64,000 nt of DNA from Eledone cirrhosa (GCA_964016885.1 OZ024740.1:74152001-74216000), one strand, 5' to 3'; counted from the first letter of the stretch, positions 27,083 through 49,351 are shown. Translations and numbers: made by a program. The notes: generated by a model from the sequence alone, not told the origin.

Positions 27083-27210
27083 GTATATATGCATGCTACT
27101 GTACGTCTGTATACATATATGTATGTACGTATACATACATACTTACATTTAAGTAAGTGCCATACTAAGAGTGAGAAATGAAATTTCGTTTTCATTTTTT
27201 TTTTTTCAAC

Positions 27211-28031
<821 letters not shown>

Positions 28032-28070
28032 TATACATATATATAAATATATATATACATATATATATAC

Positions 28071-28104
<34 letters not shown>

Positions 28105-28110
28105 GTATAC

Positions 28111-28199
<89 letters not shown>

Positions 28200-28202
<3 letters not shown>

Positions 28203-29991
28203 AGCATGTTTTACAACGTGAGGACCAGAAACAGGAAGTATTCAAGATTGCGAGGCAGTGTGTCAGAGATAGTTGTGATGTCATTGGAGAGAAGTGTATC
28301 CGGAATGATAAAGGTGAGCTTGCCCTCACAAGTGCTGAGAAGAAAGATGCATGGAAGAGTCATTATGACAGACTACTAAATGAGGAGAATGCATGGGAAG
28401 AAGAGACCCGACCCCACGTAGACCCTATAGAGGGACCAGCAGTACAAGTCAGCGGCAGCGTAGTAAGTAAGGCAATCAGAGATATGAAGATAGGGAAGGC
28501 AACCGGTCCATCGGGTATAGCTGCCGAGATGCTGAAGGCATCTGGGTCTGTAGGTCACACTATAACCACACGTATCGTTAACCAGGTAATACTAGAAGGG
28601 GCCATACCAAAAGATTGGTGCAGTAGCATCATTGTCAACTGCTACAAAGGTAAAGGCGATGCACTAGATAGAGGAAACTATAGAGGTATAAAGTTGATGG
28701 ACCAGGTCATGAAAGTAACAGAAAGAGTTATAGCACAGCTGATTAGGGACCGGGTGAATATAGACGAGATGCAATTTGGGTTTGTACCAGGGAAAGGCAC
28801 CACTGATGCCCTCTTCCTTGTGAGGCAATTACAGGAAAAGTACCTAGCTAAAAGTAAGCCACTCTACTTGGCATTTGTCGACCTTGAGAAAGCCTTTGAC
28901 AGAGTTCCACGGGCAGTAATCTGGTGGGCTCTTAGAAAACTAGGAGTAGATGAATGGCTTGTGAAAGTGGTACAAGCCATGTATAGGGGAGCAGTCAGCA
29001 AAGTTAGGATTAGCAATGAGTATAGCGAGGAATTTAGCGTACAGGTTGGGGTCCACCAGGGCTCTGTTCTTAGCCCTCTCCTGTTCATCATAGTCCTGCA
29101 GGCAATAACGGAGGAGTTTAAGACCGGATGCCCATGGGAACTCCTGTATGCTGATGACCTCGCACTCATAGCTGAATCTATGGTAGAACTAGAGAATAAA
29201 TTCCAAACCTGGAAGCAGAGACTAGAGAGAAAGGGCCTCAAAGTCAACATGACAAAGACTAAGGTCCTTGTAAGTAGACGAGAAAACAGAACCCAGATCC
29301 CCTCAGGGAAATGGCCTTGCTCAGTATGTAGGAAAGGTGTAGGTAGGAACTCCATTCTCTGCCCCAAATGCAAACAATGGGTACACAAGAGATGTAGCGG
29401 GATCTCAGGAAGCTTAATTAAGAATGTAGGATTCACATGCAGCAGCTGTGCTGAAACAGCAAGCAAACAGCCACAGGAAACAAGTACCACCAATCTCTGG
29501 GAGGGCCCTGTAGAAACAGTAGACAGCTTCTGCTACATAGGTGACCGAATTAGCAACGGAGGTGGGTGCTCAGAAAGTACAATAACTAGGGTAAGAACGG
29601 GATGGAAGAAGTTTAGGGAACTACTACCACTGCTAGCTGCAAAAGGCTTCTCCCTCAGAATGAAAGGCAGACTGTATGATGCGTGTATCCGAACAGCGAT
29701 GTTGCATGGTAGTGAGACCTGGGCGCTGAAGGTGGAAGACTTACGTAGATTAGAGAGAAACGAAGCCTGCATGCTCCGATGGATGTGTAACAGTAATATA
29801 CGTGAACGACAAAGCATAAAGGAATTGAGAGAGAGACTGAGCATAAGAGGAATCAAATGCTGCGTGCAGCCAAATCAGTTCCTGTATGAGCAAGGCATGG
29901 TCAGCCGACCAGACACTGCCCACAACAGGACAACCCGTCTAACCCATGCTAGCGTGGAAGAACGGACGTAAAACGGTGATGATGATGATGA
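28200..29991 (+). mobile_element. RTE LINE family B, 5'-truncated, open RT frame, internal 3' deletion
   Basis: Uninterrupted RT ([31 protein letters not shown]). Near 29869 it jumps from CCVQ directly into the distal 3' UTR (compare 45587-46130). Confidence 0.95.
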
Positions 29992-30148
29992 TACACACAT
30001 ATATATATATATATGTATGCAAAAGTTTTATTTAAAATTGTTGGGTTACAACGAGTAAATATTTTATAACTGATATAAAGCACTCAACAAGTTTTGGAGT
30101 AGATGTACGATATTAAACAAATGGAAACTATATTTATAAAACCATATT

Positions 30149-30214
30149 TATTTCATTATACATATTTCAGGGATACCATATTAAAAATATGGCATGCCAT
30201 CTTCAGATAAAATA
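30149..30214 (-). ncRNA. Type I hammerhead
   Basis: Reverse complement of 30357-30422. Confidence 0.82.
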
Positions 30215-30356
30215 CAATATATAAGCAGTTTTATAAATAAATTTGAGTACCATAAAATATTGATCAACTTCCATTTAAAAAACCAACTTTTTTAAATGGA
30301 AGTTGATCAATATTTTATGGTACGTCATATTTATTTATAAAACTGCTTATATATTG

Positions 30357-30422
30357 TATTTTATCTGAAGATGGCATGCCATATTTTTAATATGGTATCC
30401 CTGAAATATGTATAATGAAATA
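30357..30422 (+). ncRNA. Type I hammerhead
   Basis: tattttat-CTGAAGA-tggcatgccatatt-ttt-aatatggtatccct-GAAAT-atgt-ATA-atgaaata. Confidence 0.82.
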
Positions 30423-30462
30423 AATATGGTTTTATAAATATAGTTTCCATTTGTTTAATATC

Positions 30463-31793
<1,331 letters not shown>

Positions 31794-31970
31794 TATACAT
31801 ATAAATATACACACATATATATATATACATATATATATATATACACACACATATATATATACATATATACATATATATATACACACACATATATACATAT
31901 ATACATATATATACACACACACATATATATATATATTTATATATACATATATATACATATATACATATAC

Positions 31971-32791
31971 AATGGCCATGTTCGATATGCATAAATTCTA
32001 TAAAATGCACACAATGCAGATCCTGGGTACACAAGAGATGTAGCGGGATAGCAGGCAAACTAACAGGTAGGGAGAAATATGTATGCAGTAGATGTACAGG
32101 GAAATTAGACAGTAGAAGTCGCACTGATAGACACATTTTTCAAATGCAAGAGGGCGCTATAGAAGTGGTGGATAGCTTCCGGTACCTAGGAGATCAGATT
32201 AGCATGGGAGGAGGGTGTTCCGAGGCCATAGTATCTAGAATAAGGACGGGTTGGAAGAAGTTTAGGGAGCTGCTTCCTCTGTTGACGAAGAAGGGTTTCT
32301 CCCTGCGCACGAAAGGCCGGTTGTATGATGCCTGTGTGAGGAGCGCGATGCTGCATGGTAGTGAGACATGGGCAGCAACGGCAGAGGATATGTGACGGCT
32401 GGAGAGAAATGAGGCAAGCATGATCCGTTGGATGTGCAGTGTAAATGTGCGTGAATGACCCAGCATAAATGTGTTGAGAGAGAAACTGTGTCTGAGAGAG
32501 ATAGAATGTAGTGTACGGGAGAGGAGACTGAGGTGGTATGGACATGTGATGCACATGGAGGATGACCGATGGGTGAAGAAGTGCCAGGAATTGCCAGTTG
32601 AAGGAAGACATGGTAGAGGTAGACCACGAAAAACATGGGCGGAGGTGGTGAGAACAGACCTCAGATCATTGAAGCTCACAGTGGAGATGACGAGGGACCG
32701 TGACGAGTGGAGAGATGCTGTGCTGAATAAGACCCGTTCCACCCTTGCAAGCAGGGAAAAGCGGACGTAAAATGATGATGATGATGATGAT
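31971..32791 (+). mobile_element. 5'-truncated RTE family C
   Basis: Reverse complement of 15690-16480; ends gcagggaaaagcggacgtaaaat(gat)n. Confidence 0.92.
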
Positions 32792-32967
32792 ATATATATA
32801 TACACATATATATATACATATATATACATATACATATATATATACATATACATATATATATGCACACATATATATATATACATATATATACATATATATA
32901 TACACACATATATATATATATATATATATACATATATATATACACATATATATATACACACATATAT

Positions 32968-33326
32968 AAGTAGAAGGTATATTTAATTTGTGGGAAATTC
33001 AACAAATATAAATGTTTATAACTGATTCAGAGCACTCAACAGTTTCGAGTAAATATTCAATGATATTAAATAAATGGAAACTATATTTATAAAACCATAT
33101 TTATTCTATTATATATATCTCAAGGGTACCAAAAACTTTGGTACCATTTCATCAGATAAAATACAAAGTGTGTTTAGGTATGTTTCCTTGGCTATGTCAA
33201 AATTTATAAAACACACTTTGTATTTTATCTGATGAAATGGTACCAAAGTTTTTGGTACCCTTCAAATATATATAATAGAATAAATATGGTTTTATAAATA
33301 TAGTTTCCATTTATTTAATATCATTG
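32968..33326. mobile_element. Fold-back pLTR element related to 30018-30465, with two mutated hammerheads (33102-33163 minus, 33221-33282 plus)
   Basis: Arms 33058-33175 and 33209-33326. tattttat-CTGATGA-aatggtaccaaag-tttttggtaccctt-(CAAAT or GAGAT)-atat-ATA-atagaata. Confidence 0.82.
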
Positions 33327-33577
33327 TATATACATATATATATATACATATATATTAATAAAAGGAATTCCAACTTTGTCTGATCTACTCGTTTTATTTA
33401 CAATCCTTTAAAATTATAATGATATTATAAAGAAATATTATGGTAGAATATTAAATGATAAATTTCATGCTTTCGCAATCTTCAGGTTCATATTCAGTGG
33501 TGACAGTCAAGTTTGCAATTTTCAGAAAATTGCAAACTTGACTGTATATACATATATATATATACATATATATAAAA

Positions 33578-33619
<42 letters not shown>

Positions 33620-33644
33620 TGCATTTGAATATATATTTGCATAT

Positions 33645-35717
33645 TTGAATGCACAACAAGAAAACAAAAACAAGAAGGAATCCTATTTGAAACGTGCACT
33701 ACTTGGCACCGAGATTGCACTCAAACTTTCCCATGAAAATGAGAGGGCAAACAAAGAAAGCAGGGCCATCGAAAACATTAAAACAAACCCTAAAGCCTTC
33801 TTGAAATTTGCAAAAGAAACTGCCTCGGTACACTGCAAGATTGGGGCACTCTTCCATACAGACGGTTCATTAACCGAGAATCCCCAAGAGATATGTGAAA
33901 TACTGAACGAACAGTACAAAAGTGTGTTCACATGTCCACTGAGGCACATGCAAATAACAAAGCCAGAGGAGTTCTTTGATGCCACAACACTACATCAAGA
34001 AATGGCGACCATCAACCACATAGACATAACGGAGGAGGATGTGGTGTACGCCATAGACGAAATTAGAACAGACTCAGCTGCTGGACCTGATGGATTCCCA
34101 GCAGTCCTCTTAAAAACATGTAAGCGGACCTTAGCAACTCCACTGAAGATGCTCTTCAGAAGCTCCTTGGCTAGCGGTATACTACCCAGGGAGCTGAAAG
34201 AACGCACAATATGCCCTATCCATAAAGGAGGTAGCAGAGCGGAGGCCAAAAACTATAGGCCAGTCTCTCTGACTTTGCATATCAGACTTTGCATATCTGA
34301 GCGAGTCGTCAGAAAGAAACTGATCACTTTCCTCGAGGAAAATGACCGCCTGACTAGCAAGCAGCATGGCTTCCACCCAGGAAGAAGCTGCCTTACACAG
34401 CTGCTACATCACTACGACTGGGTACTGAAACAACTGCTAGACAGCTCACATGTTGACGTGATATATCTTGACTTTGCGAAGGCCTTTTACAAGGTCGACC
34501 ATGGAATGATTTGTCACAAACTACACGGACTCGGCATAACTGGAAAAGTAGGTGAGTGGCTGCATGACTTCTTAAAGGACAGAAGCCAGACAGTCGCAGC
34601 AAATGGGGCCCTCTCAAAGGAAACATTAATAACAAGTGGGGTGCTCCAAGGAACAGTCCTGGGACCACTACTGTTTTTGGTGGCTCTCTCAGACATGCCC
34701 TCTGTAGTACAAACAACAACATCCCTCACTAGCTATGCTGAAGACACAAAGGTAGCACAGGCAATCAAAAACCCGGCTGACGCTGCCCTTTTACAACAAG
34801 ATCTGGATGCTATATACAAAAGGGTGGAAGAAAACAACATGCAGTTCAATGCTGGCAAATTCCAAGCCCTACAATACAAACCTGCAAACACAAATATAGT
34901 GGAACACAGCTACACAGGACCAGGAGGGACCAATATCCCCGTGTCAAAATCGATACGAGACGTGGGCATAGACATGAGCGATGATGCATCTTTTTCCTCA
35001 CACATCATGAAAGTGGTGACAATGTGCAGACGACTCGCTGGCTGGATCTTGAGGACTTTCCGGACAAGAGACCGAGACACCATGTTGACACTATGGAGGA
35101 TATTTGTCCTAAGCCACTTGGACTATTGCTCCCAGTTGTGGTCACCCCATAGTGTCAAACTAACCACGGAGCTCGAGGCAATCCAGCGAAGCTACACCAA
35201 GCGGATTGCCACGTTGAAGGAGATAAGCTACTGGGAGAGGCTAAAAGAACTGAACCTCTACTCCTTGGAATGAGGACGGGAAAGATACGCAGTGATCTAC
35301 ATGTGGAAAATCCTGGAGGGACTAGCACCAAACTTTGGCATTGGGAGCTGGACCAACCGTCGAACAGGACGTCACTGTGTGGTGCCAAAGATCCCGTCTT
35401 CCATATCTAGAATAAGGAGCAGATATTGCAATAGCCTGGGATTCAAGGGTCCTCAACTCGTCAACAAGCTGCCGAGGGATCTGAGAGATCTGCATGGTGT
35501 GGAGGTGGATGTCTTAAAGAAACATCTCGACACCTTGCTATCCAGGATTCCGGATAAGCCCACAGCAAGGCACGAGGGAAACCTAAGGGCAGCAGCAACA
35601 AACTCCCTCTTGCACCAGTGGTCAACCAATACAGGCTGGAGGTAAAATGTGTAGCAACAAGGGCGGTGCCCCAGCATGGCCTCAGCCGAATAGCTGGAAC
35701 AGGTAATAGTAAAAGAG

Positions 35718-35720
<3 letters not shown>
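33645..35720 (+). mobile_element. CR1-group LINE, 5'-truncated RT pseudogene
   Basis: SAAGPDG, NYRPVSLT, QHGF..GRSC, IYLDFAKAF, QGTVLGP, YAED (degenerate YADD), LDYCSQLWSP, LYSLE*; ends in (TA)n. Confidence 0.92.
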
Positions 35721-37622
<1,902 letters not shown>

Positions 37623-37624
37623 GT

Positions 37625-41654
<4,030 letters not shown>

Positions 41655-41657
<3 letters not shown>

Positions 41658-44375
41658 ACTTTGAAATGTTTTGGTCAGTATTGGCCCAGGCCATGTCTAA
41701 CTTAATAGCACCACCTGGCGAAGTCTTTCAATTCAGGATTTGGGCACCATGGCCCATTCGAGAAGAGAATTACTGTTTGCGGAGACATATCCGGGTGTGG
41801 GTGGTTTGTCCGGGATTACTTGGAGGAATTTGTCCAAAGACTTCTTGAATTTTGTGTGGTCAGTTTCTGTTTTGACGTGTCCTGGTGTGATGTTGAAGAG
41901 AGCAGGGCCGATTGAGGTGAAATAATTGTGCCGTATTGTTGTTATGAGTTGCGATTTGGATTTTTGTATGGGACGGATAGCACGGGGCCCAAGCCTTGGG
42001 TGTATCTTGAAGGCGATGCCAACATCATTTGGGAAGTGATGATGGAACATTTTCCACATCATGCAGATAATATAACGCTCACGGCGACGTTGGAGTGAGT
42101 AAAGTTTCAGGTTTTCTAGTCGACCCCAGTAGTCAAGGTCTGACATGCCATCTATCTTTTTCGTGATTGCCCTTTGAGGAGCTTCAAGTTTCATGATACT
42201 TTGTTTCATGTGGGGAGACCACAGTGGACAACAGTATTCAAGGTGTGGTCGGGCAAAAGTGGAGAAGAGAAGGATAATGGTGTGGGAATCTCTCGACTGG
42301 AAGGTTCTGAGGATCCAGGAACACATTCTGCGGGCCATGTCAACTTTGCTGATTATATGCGTGGCCCAGCTTATGTTGCTGTCCACGGTTACTCCCAAGT
42401 CTCTGATGTTGTTAGATGCCACGAGAGTTTCCTCGGAGGGAAGGGAGTACGGGAGTTTCAGAGCATCCTCTTTTCCAAAGTGGATCAGTTTGAATTTGTC
42501 TTCGTTCAGTAACATGTTGTTCTTTTCCGCCCATTGGGTAACAGCCAGTAGGTCTGACTGAAGGCTTATCCAGTCATCCACGCCATTGATGGCCTTTTGG
42601 AGCTTGGAATCATCAGCAAAAATTTTAATGTTGCTGTGTTTGATGATGTCAGTGATGTCATTAATATAGATGATGAAGAGAAGTGGGCCCAACACAGTGC
42701 TTTGTGGGACCCTACTACTGACTTTGGCTGGGCTGGATTTGACTCCTTCAACTACAACATGTTGGGTTCTGTTTGACAGGAAGCTCTTGATCCACTGCAG
42801 CAGCTTTCCAGTGACACCAATATTGGACAGCTTTCTCAGTAGAATGTTATGATCAACCCTGTCAAAGGCCTTGCTGAAATCAAGGTAGATAACATCAGTG
42901 TTGGAACCCTCTCCCAAGGCTCTCAAAATGTCATCAAAGTGATGCAGTAGCTGCGTCAGGCAATCCTTCCATTACGGAATCCATGCTGGTTGGAGTTCAG
43001 CATATTGTTACTCTCAAGGAAGTGGGTCATTCGCGATCTCACCACTCTCTCAAATACCTTAATGATATGAGAGGTGAGTGAGATTGGACGGTAATTCACG
43101 GCAAGGGATTTGTTTCCTTTTTTGAAAACTGGGACAACAGACTGGGATAGAAGGTTTTCTGGTACATATCCAGCATCCAGTGAGTTCCACCACAGATTGG
43201 CAAGAGGAGATGCAAGTTGGTGTTGACACGCCTTCAAGACACAAGCAGGGAACCTATCGGGACCTACTGCTGAATTATGCTTGATTTCCTTTATTGCCGC
43301 TAAGACATCAGGGGCGCCAAACGTTATGTCCGATAAGGTGTAATGGGGAGTAACATCGCCGATACATACAATAGGATTGCTGAAAACAGAGCAGTATTGT
43401 TTCTGCAGTATCTCACCCATGGTTTTAGCATTGTCTTGAAGAGTGCCATTTTCATCAATTAGAGGGCCAACAGTAGAGCCAGTGATTTTGTGTTTTTTTG
43501 CAAATGAAAAGAACACTTTGGGATTGAGTTTGATCTTCTCAATGGCCCAGGCCTCTTCAGCTCTTCTCTGATTGTTGCTGAGGGACATTATGTTGTTTTG
43601 GAGGTTATGTTTTTTAATCTCTAGTGATGAAATGGCAGTCAAGTTGATGTGTTGCTGCTGACAGTATTTCAGCTTGTTGATTTTTTTGTTCGTTCTCTTA
43701 ATTTTTCTGATGAGCGTTTTTCTATTTCTAGGGATTCTGCTCTTAGATTTGTTTATAGTTCTTAATGGGGTGTGTTTTGCACATATGTTTGTAACAGTGT
43801 CCACAAATGTCTGCCAGGACTTTTTGATGTTAGTGGGTGTATGAGTGTGCGTGAAGGACCAGTCGACATGTGCAAGATCATGACTGATCGCTTCCCAGTT
43901 TGCATTGTGGAAATCCATAGTGTCAAACGGATGGACAGGAGAGATGACATTGGGTTTGTATATTGGACGGTGGAATCTCAGATCACAGAGAACCATGTCA
44001 TGATTAGAGAGTAGAGTTTTCTCCACTGCAATATTGTGGATATTGTCAGTGTGATTGCTGAAAATTAAGTCTAGGACGTTTTTGTGGCACCTCGTTGGTT
44101 CGAGCACCAGTTGGGATAGGAAGAAATCATCCATGAAGTCAAGAAGCGATTCCACTGCTTCCCTGTCAGAGGTTGAGGCAGAAGAACCTGGTGGCAGGCT
44201 GTTTGTGGACCAGTCAACTCCGGGGAGGTTGAAGTCCCCCATCATTAAGATGTTGTCAGGGTGACACTCTTGGATGAAACACTTTATGCTGTTGAAGCAT
44301 GGTACAGGCGTTTGGGGTGGCCTATAGAGCCCAACTACTACTAGGTTGTTGGTTTGACTGAATACAGTGACTGAT
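41655..44375 (-). mobile_element. CR1-group LINE with partial AP endonuclease and RT, frameshift near 42960
   Basis: LYRPP, GDFNLP, PTR..LDLIF, SNH; NYRPISLTS, YLDFSKAFDRVDH, VLGP, FADD, LEYCCPLWSP, SLQRRRERY; 3' end abuts (TA)n. Confidence 0.93.
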
Positions 44376-44391
44376 ATGTATATATATATAT

Positions 44392-44425
<34 letters not shown>

Positions 44426-44492
44426 ATGTATACATATATATATGTATGTATATATATATATATGTGAATATGTATGAATGAGACCAGGATTT

Positions 44493-44552
44493 TTTCATTC
44501 TGATGATTGAAAGAAAAATTTTTTGCTTTTAAGTAACCACTGGTAAATGGAA
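44493..44552 (+). ncRNA. Type I hammerhead with an A13U substitution, in a ~120-bp solo insert
   Basis: tttcatt-CTGATGA-ttgaaag..cttttaa-GTAAC-cactg-GTA-aatggaa. Confidence 0.65.
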
Positions 44553-44577
44553 TTATTTCCTTATGTTGTTTATTACA

Positions 44578-44734
<157 letters not shown>

Positions 44735-44934
44735 GTATATATATATATGCATATATGTATATATATATATATAAAATATGTAGGTTAGAAAGCCACAACA
44801 ATGCAGATGGGAAATCTCGAGGTAGGAAGTGAGTGAGAAATAGGAGAAAAGTGAAAATTGAGAGAAACGAAAGAAACAAAACAAAGGTATATATGTATAT
44901 ATATGTATATATATATACATATATATGTATATAT

Positions 44935-45102
44935 ATAATATATAAGATCAAAAGATGGTTAAAGGAGTTCCATGTATTTTATAATGCGCATTTCAAAAAC
45001 AAACATCATCATGCAATAATATTTGTGTTTTCATCAGATAAAACAGGAGAACATGATATGAAGGCTAAAAAACACTTGTGGATAGTGCAGTTTTAAATCA
45101 AC

Positions 45103-45106
<4 letters not shown>
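44935..45106 (-). mobile_element. 5'-truncated copy of the Penelope 3 pLTR with a hammerhead (44975-45045)
   Basis: Diverged reverse complement of 24175-24345; cleavage triplet AUU instead of AUA. Confidence 0.85.
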
Positions 45107-45170
<64 letters not shown>

Positions 45171-45235
45171 GTATATATATGTATATATATACATATATAT
45201 GTATATATATATATATATATATGTGTATATATATA

Positions 45236-45284
<49 letters not shown>

Positions 45285-45287
45285 GTG

Positions 45288-45438
<151 letters not shown>

Positions 45439-45463
45439 GTATATATATACATATATATACATA

Positions 45464-45506
<43 letters not shown>

Positions 45507-45507
45507 G

Positions 45508-45541
<34 letters not shown>

Positions 45542-45586
45542 CATATATATATGTATATATATATACATATATATATATATATACAT

Positions 45587-46657
45587 ATCATCATCACCGT
45601 TTTACGTCCGTTCTTCCACGCTAGCATGGGTTAGACGGGTTGTCCTGTTGTGGGCAGTGTCTGGTCGGCTGACCATGCCTTGCTCATACAGGAACTGATC
45701 TGGCTTGATTTCTACAGCTGGATGCCCTTCCTAACACCAACCTCATTTACAGTGAGTGCTGGGTGCTTTTTTGTGGCGCCTACACGTCCACTTTACAGTG
45801 TGGGCTGGGTGCTTTTTTGCCGTGGCACCTCCACGACCACCTTGCGGTGGGGGGGGGGGGCATATTATTTATATGCTTCAGCATGTACCCATGGGAGGTC
45901 GGGTACCCTGTATTACTGCGTGACGCCAGAAGTCACGGTCGTGTGTCATTGACTTTGAGAGGTGTAGTTGGGTAAGGTCGGCTTTTATCACCTCATCCCA
46001 AGTCATCTTGGGTCTCCCCACTCCGCGGTTTCCATCAACTTCTAGTGCTCTGCACCTTTTTATGCAGCTGTCATCCTTCATACGCATCACATGTCCATAC
46101 CAGCGTAAACCGCCTCTCCTGCACGCAGCATTTGATTCCTCTTATGCTCAGTCTCTCTCTCAATTCATTTATGCTTTGTCGTTCACGTATATTACTGTTA
46201 CACATCCATCGGAGCATGCAGGCTTCGTTTCTCTCTAATCTACGTAAGTCTTCCACCTTCAGCGCCCAGGTCTCACTACCATGCAACATCGCTGTTCAGA
46301 TACACGCATCATACAGTCTGCCTTTCATTCTGAGGGAGAAGCCTTTTGCAGCTAGCAGTGGTAGTAGTTCCCTAAACTTCTTCCATCTCGTTCTTACCCT
46401 AGTTATTGTACTTTCTGAGCACCCACCTCCGTTGCTAATTCGGTCACCTAGGTAGCAGAAGCTGTCTACTGTTTCTACAGTGCCCTCCCAGAGATTGGTG
46501 GTACTTGTTTCCTGTGGCTGTTTGCTTGCTGTTTCATGTGAATCCTACATTCTTAATTAAGCTTCCTGAGATCCCGCTACATCTCTTGTGTACCCATTGT
46601 TTGCATTTGGGGCAGAGAATGGAGCTCCTACCTACACCTTTCCTACATACTGAGCAA
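45587..46657 (-). mobile_element. 5'-truncated RTE family B
   Basis: Reverse complement of 29318-29870 plus the full C-terminus and 3' UTR. Confidence 0.92.
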
Positions 46658-46779
46658 GTCTTCATTTATTAATATTTTGAATAATATTAATAACTCCAGA
46701 AAACTTCTTTGTAGAGTGCTTTTAATCTATTGTAAAAACATATTCATTGAGTAATCAATGAACCATCTTAATCTTTGGT

Positions 46780-46870
<91 letters not shown>

Positions 46871-46872
<2 letters not shown>

Positions 46873-48103
46873 TCTAGTTTGTAGGAAAGAAAATAAGGCG
46901 CCGCTGCCTTCCGGGAAATGGCCATGCTCAGTGTGTAGGAAAGGCGTAGGTAGAAACTCCATTTTATGTCCCAAATGCAAAGTATGGGTGCATAAAAGAT
47001 GTAGTGGGATCACAGGTAAGCTAACTAAGAACATAGATTTTACATGTGGCCGGTGCTCTGGTGCAATAAGTAGCAGCAAGTGCCCACTAAATACTAGCTC
47101 TTTCAATTGCGCAGAGGGTTCTATAGAAATAGTGGACAGCTTCTGTTACCTGGGTGACAAAATCAGCAGTGGGGGAGGGTACTCTGAAAGTACAGTAGCT
47201 AGAGTCAGAACTGGATGGAAAAAGTTCAGAGAGCTTATACCACTATTAGCCGCTAAAGGGTTCTCCCTAAGAATGAAAGGCAGGTTGTATGATGCCTGCA
47301 TTCGAACAGCAATGTTGCATGGCAGTGAGACCTGGGCATTGTGTGCAGAGGATATACGTAGACTAGAGAGGAACGAAGCTTGCATGCTCCGCTGGATGTG
47401 TAATAATAATATACGTGAACGGCAAAGCATAAACGAACTAAGGAAAAAATTAGAAATAAGAGGGATCAGATGTTGTTTACTCGAGAGAAGACTACGTTGG
47501 TATGGTCACGTGATGCGCATGAAAGACGACAGCTGTATAACAAAGTGCAGGGCAATAAAGATAGACGGTAGCTACGGAGTAGGCAGACCCAGAAAAACAT
47601 GGGATGAGCTGATAAATTCCGACCTCACACACTTACACCTCTCCAAGACAATGTCACTGGACCGAGATCTTTGGCGGTACTCAGTAATAGAGAAGACCCG
47701 CCTTACCTAAATACAAAGTAAAACCTACTACAGTCAGTAGGCATCTCTAACAAAATACACCCCCGTCCCACCACCCCACCCCATCCACACCGCCCCTTTC
47801 AATGTAAAGTTATGTTGGTGCCACAACATCCAGGCCGAAACAAATGAGATCGTGTAGGTGTCACGACAAAAAAAACACACAGTCCACGCTGTAATGTGGC
47901 CGTGTAGGCAACACGGTAAAAACCTCCCAGCCCCACACTGTAAATATGGTTGGTGTTAGGAAGGGCATCCAGCTGTAGAAAACCCGCCAGACAGTTCTGT
48001 GCGAGCAAGACAATCACTCTTGCCTCAAGTGGGAAAACTCCCGTCCAAAACCATGCAAGCGTGGAACACGGACGTTAAACGATGATGATGATGATGATGA
48101 TGA
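46871..48103 (+). mobile_element. 5'-truncated RTE family A
   Basis: Open frame LVCRKENK...EKTRLT (to 47710), 3' UTR and (GAT)n. Confidence 0.93.
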
Positions 48104-48164
48104 TATACATATATACATATATATATATACATATATATATATACACATATATTTATACACATAT

Positions 48165-48199
<35 letters not shown>

Positions 48200-48290
48200 T
48201 ATATACATATATATATACATATATATATACATATATATATACATATATATATACATATATATATACATATATATATATACATATATATAT

Positions 48291-48619
48291 GGTGGCTGCC
48301 AACTCGTTTTCGAGTACGGCCACTACTTTATATCCATGTAGGAGAACCCCTACCTATGCACTGAACGAGTGACTTTTTAGTCCAGCCTGCGACATGAAAA
48401 CTCTGGTACAAACACCACACTTGTAACAATTATTGACACATAGTGCTGGGCCCATGGTACCATGTGACGACAAGTGCAGAGAGAGCTCCAGATATAAAGC
48501 AATGCCTGTGCCGTGAAGCTTTTATAGTGAGCAAAGGCACTCCACAAAGCCAGTCCCACTCTCTTAACCAAGCTGATATTTACCAAAAAGAAGAACAAGT
48601 CAACATCATTGGATACCAT
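48291..48619 (-). mobile_element. Non-coding ~610-bp element, truncated copy 1
   Basis: Near-identical to 54905-55235. Confidence 0.8.
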
Positions 48620-48623
48620 ACAC

Positions 48624-48654
<31 letters not shown>

Positions 48655-48809
48655 CATATACACATATATATATATATATACACATATATCTATCTATCTA
48701 AGGCGGGTAAAACTCCCGAGATCCATGGACGAGTTCTCTCCCGTGGTCTCTGTCCCTCATTATCGCTGACATGTCCTGCATCTCCAACAGTAATAATAAT
48801 AATAATAGT

Positions 48810-49351
48810 AATAATAATAAATTTGAAGACTAAAATCCAAAGAGGGCTTGATAAGGATAAATATATATCAAATATATAAGAATCGTAGAGCAAATATTTA
48901 TTAAAATAACAGAGTAAAGTTTAAGCAAAGAATCGCTCCTTTCACCCTTAACGGGATCTTCTGAAACTAACAAAGTCAATCTTTGAACGCAGAAGTGAAT
49001 ATTTCAAAAAATGTTGCAATGGGAGGAAGACAGGAAGACGATACTTTCGTTCGTGGAAACGTTCCCTGGCAAAGAATGGGAAAAAACGAATATAATACGT
49101 CATATGTGGATCATTGAGAACAATTGCACGAAAAGACAAAACCACGTAAATGGTATAACCGACGTCGTAGACTAATATTATAACTAGGAAACCGAATGAT
49201 TCAGAGTTAAGAATAAAGTAAATAAAATACAGAGGTAATTGAAATTTGAAATATTCACTTCTGCGTTCACAGATTGACTTTGTTAGTTTCAGAAGATCCC
49301 GTTAAGGGTGAAAGCAACGATTCTTTGCTTAAACTTTAATCTGTTATTTTA

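Larger units (their letters stand above)
25500..27210 (+). mobile_element. Retrozyme-like array: ~2.6 direct 504-510-bp monomers plus an inverted 5' partial copy, each with an HHR
   Basis: Unit starts (gcataaattcagg) at 25910, 26420 and 26924; inverted copy at 25500-25910. Copies differ mainly in TA- and T-run length. Confidence 0.88.

Noticed and set aside
33455-33492. CTGAAGA-ttgc-GAAAG on the minus strand
   Set aside because: No stem II and no convincing stems I or III.
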